NCBI GenBank assembly: GCA_963780535.1
Contig: CAWACS010000043.1
Coordinates: 17,613-81,612, forward strand
Length of the DNA stretch: 64,000 bases
Reading direction: 5' to 3'
DNA from: an uncultured Verrucomicrobiae bacterium
Lineage (GTDB): Bacteria; Verrucomicrobiota; Verrucomicrobiia; Limisphaerales; UBA11358
Shown here: positions 1 to 7,853 of the stretch, in pieces
Layout of the letters: each line of letters starts with the position of its first letter
Numbering within the stretch: position 1 is the first letter of the stretch
Position numbers and translations under genes: made by a program
Notes under the pieces: generated by a model
What the model was told of the DNA's origin: nothing
The model's input: the letters and a program-made list of their open reading frames with translations, nothing else
Databases searched by the model: none

Positions 1-110
1 AACTGGACATTGATGCCTGGGAACGGTTGACTCTGGACGTGGCAGCGAGCCAGCTCGACCGCGAGCACACGACGGCCCGCCTTAAAAAACTTCTCCGTAC
101 CCGCAAATGA
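1..110 (+). CDS. C-terminal end of an unidentified CDS entering from upstream (partial)
   Basis: Frame is open from the window edge to TGA at 108-110 (...LDREHTTARLKKLLRTRK*). No motif recognised. Confidence 0.3.
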   Translation, partial: LDIDAWERLTLDVAASQLDREHTTARLKKLLRTRK

Positions 111-222
111 GCACATCCTTCGGCGCATCGGGTCCGCCTTCATATGATTTCGGCGTGACGGGCAGGGGCACGGTGAATTTTGTTCCGTTGACAAAATTCA
201 CACCGGTCAACATTGTTCGGGC

Positions 223-750
223 ATGAAACGGACATTGTTCTTTGTTTCCCTGATGGCATGGCTCACCGGCGGCTGCGCCTGGTACACGATTCAGCCCATC
301 TCCGCCGATTCACTGAACGGCTGGGGCAAGACCAATGCCCTGCCGGAGGGATATATTTTCTACCAGCCGGAACTGTATTTCTCGGCGACCATTGTGACGG
401 AGTCCACCAGCTCGACCAGCAAGCAAACCGTCACGGTCACCCCGGTCTGGCTGCCGAACTATCAAAAACCCTACCGGGTGACGACGCACAATTTTCTGGC
501 CAAGGCGGATTTCACCTTCAACTTTGAAAACGGCTGGAAGTTGACGCAGATCGCCGACACGGGGGACAATTCGACGGTGGCGAACACCCTGGCCGGGCAA
601 CTGGCCGCGACATTGAAGGCGGCGGGGTTCAGTGCCGCAGCCAACAACCAGCCTCCCAAGCCACGCATCATCCTTTTCCGTCCGACGGTCAACCCCGCAA
701 CCGGCTATTTCAACGGCTTCGAGGAAGTGTCCACAAACATCGAAGATTAG
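223..750 (+). CDS. hypothetical exported lipoprotein
   Basis: 175-aa ATG ORF. N-terminus MKRTLFFVSLMAWLTGGC has a signal peptide plus a lipobox-like LTGGC. No family recognised. Confidence 0.6.
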   Translation: MKRTLFFVSLMAWLTGGCAWYTIQPISADSLNGWGKTNALPEGYIFYQPELYFSATIVTESTSSTSKQTVTVTPVWLPNYQKPYRVTTHNFLAKADFTFNFENGWKLTQIADTGDNSTVANTLAGQLAATLKAAGFSAAANNQPPKPRIILFRPTVNPATGYFNGFEEVSTNIED

Positions 751-970
751 CGGGGTGCGCCCGGTTTCGTTGGGCTATGGCCCGCACAGGCCATCGAATC
801 CGCCGGGCGGCCACGATCGCCTCCGGTTCCTTCAGGATGTGCAGACAAATGGCGCCTCGCCCGGAACATGAATGTCACCGAAATGCTGAACCGTCCCGGA
901 ATAGTCCATCGCAGTGATTTGCCGAAGGGACTTGCCGGAAACCCATAATTAAGCCAAAACAACCGGCGGC

Positions 971-1996
971 ATGGCGTTCAAGCACTTTTCTAAACCATCG
1001 CCGGGCGTCCAATTGCTCCAGCGCTCGCTGGCGCGCGGGCGGCTCGGCCATGCCTACCTCTTCACCGGCCACCGGCTCGAGGAACTGGAACAGCTCGCCC
1101 GCACCCTGGCCAAGACGTTGAACTGCCGGAACCCGGCCAAAACCGGCGGCGTGGCCACCGACTGCTGCGACGAATGCGCCAGTTGCCGGAAAATCGACAA
1201 CGAAACGCACGGGGACATCCACTGGGCCCGGCCCGAATCCAAGTCGCGGGTCGTCACGGTGGAGCAAACGCGTGAATTGATGCGCGAGATCCAGCTCAAA
1301 CCCACCGAGGCGGAGTACAAGGTCGCCGTCATCGCGGCGGCGGACCGGCTGAACCTGCAGGCGGCCAACGCCTTCCTGAAAACGCTGGAAGAGCCGCCGG
1401 CTAAATCGGTTTTGATTCTGCTTTCCACCGAACCCCAGCGCATTCTGGAAACCATCCTTTCCCGCTGCCTCCGTTTGAATTTCCCCGCTGAAGGCGCCCG
1501 ACCAGCCGATGATGCGCAAATCGAATGGCTGGCCCGCTTCGGCGCCCTGGCGGCGGACGAACAAAAAAGCCTGCTGGGCCGCTACCGGTTGCTCGACTTG
1601 TTGCTCCAAAAACTCGCCGAAATCCGCACGGGCGTGGACGAGGCGCTCACCGCGCGGTCGCCGTTGCAACGCTATGACGACGTGGAAAAGGATCTGCGCG
1701 AACGATGGGAGGACGAACTGACCGCCGCCATTGAAGCGGAATACCGGCGGCAACGCGCGGACCTGCTGTTGCTCGTGCAATGGTGGCTGCGGGACGTCTG
1801 GCTGCATAGCCTGGCGGTCGGCGGGAGTTTGCTGAACTTCCCGCAAATGGCCGGGGTGGAATCCATCGCCAAAAAAATCACACCGCGCCAGGCCCTGGAC
1901 AATCTGCAAACCCTGGAACACACCCAACGTTTATTGCACACCAACGTGCAGGAAGCGCTCGCCCTCGAAGTGGGCCTCTTGAAACTGCATCTGTGA
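971..1996 (+). CDS. holB: DNA polymerase III subunit delta-prime
   Basis: GRLGHAYLFTG degenerate P-loop, Cys cluster CCDECASCRKI, and SRC motif (ILSRCLRL). Length of 341 aa is typical. Confidence 0.85.
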   Translation: MAFKHFSKPSPGVQLLQRSLARGRLGHAYLFTGHRLEELEQLARTLAKTLNCRNPAKTGGVATDCCDECASCRKIDNETHGDIHWARPESKSRVVTVEQTRELMREIQLKPTEAEYKVAVIAAADRLNLQAANAFLKTLEEPPAKSVLILLSTEPQRILETILSRCLRLNFPAEGARPADDAQIEWLARFGALAADEQKSLLGRYRLLDLLLQKLAEIRTGVDEALTARSPLQRYDDVEKDLRERWEDELTAAIEAEYRRQRADLLLLVQWWLRDVWLHSLAVGGSLLNFPQMAGVESIAKKITPRQALDNLQTLEHTQRLLHTNVQEALALEVGLLKLHL

Positions 1997-2040
1997 GGCG
2001 CCGATGCCGCGCCGTCCAGCGAACTTGACGACTCGTTTTT

Positions 2041-2160
2041 AGGTAGTGGCACCTTTTGGTGGGGCGAGGCTGCTGACGAGCCGGCCTTGGCGCGTCAAAG
2101 CGTAACGAAGACGGCTCGCGGGGACGCTCGCCCCACCGAAAGTCGCAAAATGTGCCACCA
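2041..2160. repeat. REP-A palindromic intergenic element (long form)
   Basis: Inner arms GGTGGGGCGAG (2058) / CTCGCCCCACC (2128); outer arms GGTAGTGGCAC / GTGCCACC. Related copies at 5213, 23695 and 44015. Confidence 0.8.
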
Positions 2161-2209
2161 GCCATTTTTTTCGTTGCCTTTGCGGATTCAATTCCTAACT
2201 TGCTTGATA

Positions 2210-5152
2210 ATGAAAGCCATCACCCTGGTCTCCCGTCTCTTTCTTGCCATTTCGCTCGCTCTTTCCGCCGCGACGGCGTTCGGGGCCGAAATGTCGCCGG
2301 CCTCCGAACGGCTGTTGTTGGATTTCGGCTGGAAATTTCATCTCGGCAACGACTGGGGTTTTGCCCAAAGCCTGGCCAAGGCCGGCACCGGCAGCGGCCC
2401 GGCGAGCATGTCCTTCAGCGACGCGAGCTGGCGTCCGGTGAACCTGCCGCATGATTGGGTCGTGGAACTGCCATTCGATCCCAGTGCGGACGCCGGACAC
2501 GGCTTCAAGCCGGTCGGGCCGGGCTTTCCGCAAAACAGCGTCGCGTGGTACCGCCGCGCGTTTGACTTGCCGAAAACGGACGGGGGCAAGCGGCTGTGGC
2601 TGGAATTCGACGGCGTGTATCGCGATTGCGATGTGTTCGTGAACGGCTGGTTCGTCGGCCATCACAACAGCGGTTACGACAGCTTTCGTTATGACATCAC
2701 CGATGTGGCGAATTACGGGAGTAAAAACGTCGTGGCCGTGAAAGTGGATGCCTCGCAATTTGAAGGCTGGTTTTACGAAGGCGCGGGGATCTACCGGCAC
2801 GTCTGGCTCGTGAAAACCGCGCCGGTCGCCATCGCCCCGGACGGGATTTTTGTTTACAGTAAATTCAAAAATAATGTGCCGGAAGACCTGGCCGAGATTC
2901 ATATCGAAACCCGGCTGTGCAATTCGCAAAGCAACTCCGCCGCTGCAACCGTTAAATGTGAAATCATCAGTCCTGATGGAAAATCCGTCGGCCAGACTGA
3001 AAAACCACTTGATTTGAAATCGTGGGCTGACCAGCAAGTTGAGTCCGGTTTTTATCTGGTTCGTGAAGGGAAACCATTCGATATGGAAACTCCCATCGGC
3101 TGGAATGTCGTTTCTCACACGCCAATCCTCTGGTCTCCGGAATCACCCAAACTTTACAAGCTCATCACGACCGTTGAAAGCGGTGGAAAAATTGTTGACC
3201 AAAAAGAAACCGAGTTCGGCATCCGCACCGTCGCCTTCGACCCGGACAAGGGATTTCTGCTCAACGGCAAGCCTTACGAATTGCACGGCACGTGCAATCA
3301 CCAGGACATGGCGGGCGTGGGCGCGGCGCTGCCGGACGGGTTGCAATATTTTCGCGTCGAGAAATTAAAGGCGATGGGTTGCAACGCCATCCGCACGTCG
3401 CACAATGCGCCCACGCCGGAACTGCTTGAAGCCTGTGATCATCTCGGCCTGCTGGTGATGGATGAAAACCGCCTGCTCGGCAGTGATGCGGCCAACCTGG
3501 CCCAGTTCGAGGGTCAAATCCGGCGCGACCGGAACCATCCCAGCGTCGCCATCTGGAGCCTCGCCAACGAGGAATTCACCGTGCAGGACACGCCCGCCGG
3601 CAAACGGGTCGCCGATACCATGCAGACACTGCTCCAACGGCTTGACCCGACGCGGCCGATCACGTATGCCGCGCCCGTCGGCGACGATTATGAGGCCAAC
3701 ATCAATTCCGTCATCGAAGTCCGCGGCTGGAATTATCACGTCGGGCAGGACATGGACAATTATCACCGGGAACACCCGGCCCAGCCGGAAGTAGGCACCG
3801 AACAGGGCAGCACGGTCAGCACACGCGGCATTTACACCAACAACGCCGTCCGCGGTTACGTCAGTTCCTACGATTCGAACGCGCAACCCTGGTCAAACAC
3901 GGCCGAAAGCTGGTGGAGTTACTTCGCGGACCGTCCCTGGTTGTCGGGCGGGTTCATCTGGACGGGTTTTGATTATCGCGGCGAACCGACGCCGTACGGC
4001 TGGCCGTGCATCAATTCGCACTTTGGCGTCATGGACACGTGCGGTTTTCCCAAGGACCTTTACTACTATTACCAGGCCTGGTGGACGGACCAGCCGGTGC
4101 TGCACCTGTTGCCGCATTGGAACTGGCCGGGCCGGGAAGGCCAGGCCATTAACGTCTGGTGCTTCAGCAACTGCAAGGAGGTGGAATTGTTCTTGAACGG
4201 GAAAAGCCTGGGCCGGAAAACGATGAAACCCAATTCGCACCTGACCTGGACGGTGAACTACGAACCCGGCACGCTCTCGGCCAAGGGTTATGACCAAGAC
4301 GGCAAAGTGATTGCTGAAACCAAGGTGGAAACGACCGGCGACCCCGCCGCCGTCCAACTGGAGCCCGACCGCGCCACCATCAACGCCGACGGCGAGGATG
4401 TGAGCGTCATTACCGTTTCCGTGCGCGACGCGCAGAACCGCGTGGTGCCGGTGGCAACCAATCTGGTGGCTTTCGACCTCGAAGGTCCCGGAAAAATCCT
4501 GGGTGTTGGCAACGGCGACCCCAGTTGCCATGAGCCGGACATTTACCTGGCAAAGTGGCCGATCGAGACGGTTGCCCTCAATGACGGCTGGCATTGGAAA
4601 AAGGTGCCGAACGTGTATGATTCAAAGCCGCCCGAGGTGGAAACCAATTACGACGATTCGAGCTGGGAAACGGTTGATCCGCGGGCCGACAGCGGACCCT
4701 TGCGGGACCGCGGCCAGGCGGTTTTCCGCGCCAAAATCCAGGTGACCGAACAGGAACTGGCCGCCGAAAGTGTTGAGCTGAATTTCGGCAGGATTGACGA
4801 GGAAGGCTGGGTTTATGTCAACGGCCAGAAAGCCGGGGAATCCCATGACTGGCAATCGTCACCCGCCTTTGATGTAAAACGTTTTCTCCATCCCGGCGAG
4901 AATGTCATTGCCGTCGCGCTGGCCAACTGGAACGGCGCCGGCGGCATCAACAAGGGCGTGACCCTGCGGCTGGCTGGAAAACCGGAAATGCCCCAGTGGC
5001 AACGCAGCGTGTTCAATGGACTAGCGCAAATCATCGTGCAATCCAGCAAAACCCCGGGTGAAATCAAACTGACCGCGCGGGCGGAAGGGCTGTCGCCGGT
5101 GACGGTGATGATTCAGTCCCAACCATGCACGCCGCGCCCGGCCGTGCCTTGA
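2210..5152 (+). CDS. glycoside hydrolase family 2 (beta-galactosidase-like), secreted
   Basis: Signal peptide MKAITLVSRLFLAISLALSAATAFG starts at ATG 2210. GH2 signatures: NHPSVAIWSLANE and GGFIWTGFDYRGEP. The 41 codons upstream in the longest ORF lie inside REP-A and are rejected. Confidence 0.85.
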   Translation: MKAITLVSRLFLAISLALSAATAFGAEMSPASERLLLDFGWKFHLGNDWGFAQSLAKAGTGSGPASMSFSDASWRPVNLPHDWVVELPFDPSADAGHGFKPVGPGFPQNSVAWYRRAFDLPKTDGGKRLWLEFDGVYRDCDVFVNGWFVGHHNSGYDSFRYDITDVANYGSKNVVAVKVDASQFEGWFYEGAGIYRHVWLVKTAPVAIAPDGIFVYSKFKNNVPEDLAEIHIETRLCNSQSNSAAATVKCEIISPDGKSVGQTEKPLDLKSWADQQVESGFYLVREGKPFDMETPIGWNVVSHTPILWSPESPKLYKLITTVESGGKIVDQKETEFGIRTVAFDPDKGFLLNGKPYELHGTCNHQDMAGVGAALPDGLQYFRVEKLKAMGCNAIRTSHNAPTPELLEACDHLGLLVMDENRLLGSDAANLAQFEGQIRRDRNHPSVAIWSLANEEFTVQDTPAGKRVADTMQTLLQRLDPTRPITYAAPVGDDYEANINSVIEVRGWNYHVGQDMDNYHREHPAQPEVGTEQGSTVSTRGIYTNNAVRGYVSSYDSNAQPWSNTAESWWSYFADRPWLSGGFIWTGFDYRGEPTPYGWPCINSHFGVMDTCGFPKDLYYYYQAWWTDQPVLHLLPHWNWPGREGQAINVWCFSNCKEVELFLNGKSLGRKTMKPNSHLTWTVNYEPGTLSAKGYDQDGKVIAETKVETTGDPAAVQLEPDRATINADGEDVSVITVSVRDAQNRVVPVATNLVAFDLEGPGKILGVGNGDPSCHEPDIYLAKWPIETVALNDGWHWKKVPNVYDSKPPEVETNYDDSSWETVDPRADSGPLRDRGQAVFRAKIQVTEQELAAESVELNFGRIDEEGWVYVNGQKAGESHDWQSSPAFDVKRFLHPGENVIAVALANWNGAGGINKGVTLRLAGKPEMPQWQRSVFNGLAQIIVQSSKTPGEIKLTARAEGLSPVTVMIQSQPCTPRPAVP

Positions 5153-5212
5153 CGGGAGCGCCGGCAGCCTGCCGGCGAATTTTCAACTCCGTCCTTGGGT
5201 GCTGCTAAATTT

Positions 5213-5278
5213 CGGTGGGGCGAGGCTACTGACGAGCCGCCCTTGGCTCTTCAAAGCGTAGCGAAAAGTCACAAGCAA
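5213..5278. repeat. REP-A element, left half only
   Basis: TTTCGGTGGGGCGAGGCTACTGACGAGCCGCCCTTGGCTCTTCAAAGCGTAGCGAA matches the left arm and internal segment of the 2041 copy. The right arm is absent. Confidence 0.6.
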
Positions 5279-5305
5279 AGGTTTTAGAGCGGTTTCATCT
5301 TTAAT

Positions 5306-5358
5306 GTAGCGCGGACATTCTTGTCTGCGGGTCTGCGGGACTGGAAAGCCTGCGCTAC
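5306..5358. repeat. short element with GTAGCGC terminal inverted repeats
   Basis: GTAGCGCGGACATTCTTGTCTGCGG...CCTGCGCTAC. The termini are reverse complements. It lies at the left edge of the AT-richer island. Confidence 0.45.
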
Positions 5359-5582
5359 GTTATCATCGGAACCGCTATAGTTTTGAGCCTCTTGCGTATT
5401 TTTGTGGCTATGGTTTTAGTTAATTTTTTCAACGCGGATACCGGAGAGGGAAAGAATCCGCGAAAATTCATGGAATTCGTGTCGGATTTCAAGTTGCAAA
5501 GAATTGTCAAAGTAAGTGTTGACATCATGCCAGTATTTGCTGTGATGGTTGGCGCAGGACATGAGACCATTCGGCACATGTA

Positions 5583-5927
5583 ATGCCGCTTGCTCAGGGC
5601 AAGTCAACCGCGCAACCGCGCAATAGTGCAGGGGAATCGTTTACCCGATCAAAATCTGGTTTGGCGCGCTTTGGCATGGATCGGGCGCATAGCTTTGCGC
5701 ACACCGGAATTGACCACCAAATCCAACCCTGCATCGAAATGAATGGTGGAACAATTAAAACTGGGGACATGGGCCCACGTGGCCAACTGGTTTTACCGTG
5801 GGGAAAAAGTAAATTTGTGTCAATACTTGGGACTGAACCCTTTACTGGCGATTGGCTGCGCTGGGTGAGCACGCGCGGCGGCAAAGGCCCGTGGAACGAG
5901 CCGGTCAGCGCTACGATTGCAGGATGA
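5583..5927 (+). CDS. possible gene remnant with FN3-like C-terminal strand
   Basis: The tail ...DWLRWVSTRGGKGPWNEPVSATIAG resembles the last strands of fibronectin-III-like domains. Its stop overlaps the next ATG (ATGA at 5924-5927). The N-terminal part looks non-coding. Weak call. Confidence 0.25.
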   Translation: MPLAQGKSTAQPRNSAGESFTRSKSGLARFGMDRAHSFAHTGIDHQIQPCIEMNGGTIKTGDMGPRGQLVLPWGKSKFVSILGTEPFTGDWLRWVSTRGGKGPWNEPVSATIAG

Positions 5928-7078
5928 AAGCGAAATGCAACATCCACAAGATGGCTTTAGTTGTCTTGGTGTTAGTTGTTTTAGTAGCGCAACCTTGGCT
6001 TGCTGACGCCGGGCAAGTAATTGATGTTCAGGGGCACTATGTTAAGACGCTCTATAGATACGGGAAACCAACAAGTGAATCTTTGCGTGTAACTTTTTTC
6101 ATTACCCTTTCGACAAACGCCTGTGGGATATGGGCGACGAACATGGACGATGCCTCTGTATGGGAAACTGTTGTTTACGATGGCACCAATACATATTTGC
6201 TAACTCCGATTGCCGGCCATTCCCCCCAAGGGGCGAGCGGAGCCACATTGTGTGGACTTGTAGATCCCGGACGTCAGTACTATACGATGGGCATAAGTTT
6301 TTTGGATACATATATTCCGTGGATAACATATTGCTTACGACCGTCTGACGTAACTCCCCACATGCATACACCCGGCGTGAACTGGAGAAGTGATGTAAAT
6401 ACTTATGGCTGGCGTTGGAAAGAGGTTGTGATTTCTTCCGACGGAAGGTTTTTGCAAGGATTTGTAATTGTCCGGGATTCATCGCTTGATTTGAACGGCA
6501 AGAGCGAACTTCTCCGGACCAATCTTGAGTATCCGCGAACAATTGATGATTTTCAAAATCAGAATCAATATCTAGCTTATCGTAAAAGCATTCCCGATGG
6601 TTGGGTTGGAAGAACATATATATGCGAGCAGTGGTATGAGACAAATGGCTATACTATTCCCTTGAGCGCCGAATTTAAACATTATGCTTTTAGCGGCGGC
6701 AAAACGCTTCTTACTGACAGTATAATCATACAGGCCGATACGATAAGTGTTTCCGAAGAAGCCACAAACTCGGCTCCGCCGCTAGCAGAGAAAACTTATG
6801 TCAGGGATTACCGCTACACCCGCCGGAACGAAAGTCGGATGTTCCCCTATGCCGAATATGTCGGATCGGGATCATGGAAACCTGATAACGACCCAGAGTT
6901 ATTAGCACAAGCAAATCGTTATATGAAATATGGGCCTACATTTGGTGATTTTGGGGTAGTGTCGAAGTTTTTCAGTCCTCAAGGAGGTCGCTTAATAGTG
7001 ATTTGGCTGTCATTGTTGCTCGTCAACGTAACAGTGATTGTCATATTAGTCCGTAACAAACTAAAAAAACACAAATAA
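5924..7078 (+). CDS. hypothetical exported, C-terminally membrane-anchored protein
   Basis: Signal peptide (MALVVLVLVVLVAQPWLADA). C-terminal TM helix plus basic tail (LIVIWLSLLLVNVTVIVILVRNKLKKHK). AT-richer than the flanks. No family recognised. Confidence 0.6.
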   Translation: MKAKCNIHKMALVVLVLVVLVAQPWLADAGQVIDVQGHYVKTLYRYGKPTSESLRVTFFITLSTNACGIWATNMDDASVWETVVYDGTNTYLLTPIAGHSPQGASGATLCGLVDPGRQYYTMGISFLDTYIPWITYCLRPSDVTPHMHTPGVNWRSDVNTYGWRWKEVVISSDGRFLQGFVIVRDSSLDLNGKSELLRTNLEYPRTIDDFQNQNQYLAYRKSIPDGWVGRTYICEQWYETNGYTIPLSAEFKHYAFSGGKTLLTDSIIIQADTISVSEEATNSAPPLAEKTYVRDYRYTRRNESRMFPYAEYVGSGSWKPDNDPELLAQANRYMKYGPTFGDFGVVSKFFSPQGGRLIVIWLSLLLVNVTVIVILVRNKLKKHK

Positions 7079-7082
7079 CAAC

Positions 7083-7328
7083 ATGAAAAATAAACTAAAA
7101 ATGACAATCGGTTTGCTTGCATTGTTGGGGATTGGAATAATCCCTGTGTCCATATTGGCTGCGGAAGATGCGGCAGCCTGCGCGTCGGAGACGCCTCCAT
7201 GTGATGGAGGAGAATGCCTGGCAAGTTATCCTGCAGGAGGCAATCAGCGTGGCCAATGTATTCAACAGGACAACCCTAGGTTTGACGGGGATCCGAAATG
7301 GTGCTTTTGTATTCCCGCCGGCAATTAG
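7083..7328 (+). CDS. small secreted cysteine-rich protein (6 Cys in a mature part of about 54 aa)
   Basis: Starts 4 nt after the previous stop. Signal peptide MKNKLKMTIGLLALLGIGIIPVSILA. Mature Cys pattern is C-x6-C-x4-C-x14-C-x14-C-x-C. Confidence 0.6.
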   Translation: MKNKLKMTIGLLALLGIGIIPVSILAAEDAAACASETPPCDGGECLASYPAGGNQRGQCIQQDNPRFDGDPKWCFCIPAGN

Positions 7329-7331
7329 GCC

Positions 7332-7853
7332 TTGTTAACCAAGCCACCATGCTTGATAAATCCATTGAAGCGACAAAGCAAAAAACAGAGCCAAGATCGT
7401 GTATCCGGCTCTGTTATCCTTGTTATAAGCCGAACACTTTTTATAAAATCAGCGGGAGTGTTGTTAACATTGACAGCGTTGGCAAAGCTGTATACAGCAT
7501 ATGCGGGATTGCGAATAATTGATTTGCACGATCCAATTCTGGGGTTCCGATTTCGCCACGAGTTGTTAGCCATCGGCATATTGGAGTTAACAATCGCTTG
7601 CGTGTGTTTGCTTACAAACCGCATCGGCTTGCAGTTGGGGCTTATTGCATGGCTGGGAACATGCTTCGCGGTGTATCGGTTAGGTCTATGGTGGATCGGC
7701 GGTGTTCAAGCTTGTCCTTGTCTCGGCAATTTTCCTGATGATCTTCATCTTTCAAAGGCAATCACCAATGCTATAACGTCGTGGATTATAATCTATTTAT
7801 TGATAGGGAGTTACAGCGGGCTGCTTAATATATGTTTACGAAAATCGGAGTAG
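7332..7853 (+). CDS. MauE/DoxX-like four-helix membrane protein
   Basis: Starts 3 nt after the previous stop (TTG start in the track). Four hydrophobic helices. CPCLG motif after helix 3, resembling the CGCFG-type motif of the MauE family. Confidence 0.5.
   Translation: MLTKPPCLINPLKRQSKKQSQDRVSGSVILVISRTLFIKSAGVLLTLTALAKLYTAYAGLRIIDLHDPILGFRFRHELLAIGILELTIACVCLLTNRIGLQLGLIAWLGTCFAVYRLGLWWIGGVQACPCLGNFPDDLHLSKAITNAITSWIIIYLLIGSYSGLLNICLRKSE

Noticed and set aside
875-1927. 350-aa minus-strand ORF opposite holB, and similar long ORFs: 2195-3118, 13831-14451, 14669-15718, 19760-20428, 22810-23883, 23899-24777, 37969-38820, 40376-41575, 49061-50428, 61044-62312 and 62071-62907.
   Set aside because: They lie antisense to genes with clear family motifs and have Arg/Gly/Pro-rich, motif-free translations typical of shadow ORFs in GC-rich DNA.
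2087-2209. N-terminal extension of the GH2 ORF, and similarly 41594-41629 for argD.
   Set aside because: The extra codons are translations of repeat elements (REP-A and the TGGAGTTCA element). Signal-peptide or conserved N-termini start at the downstream ATGs.
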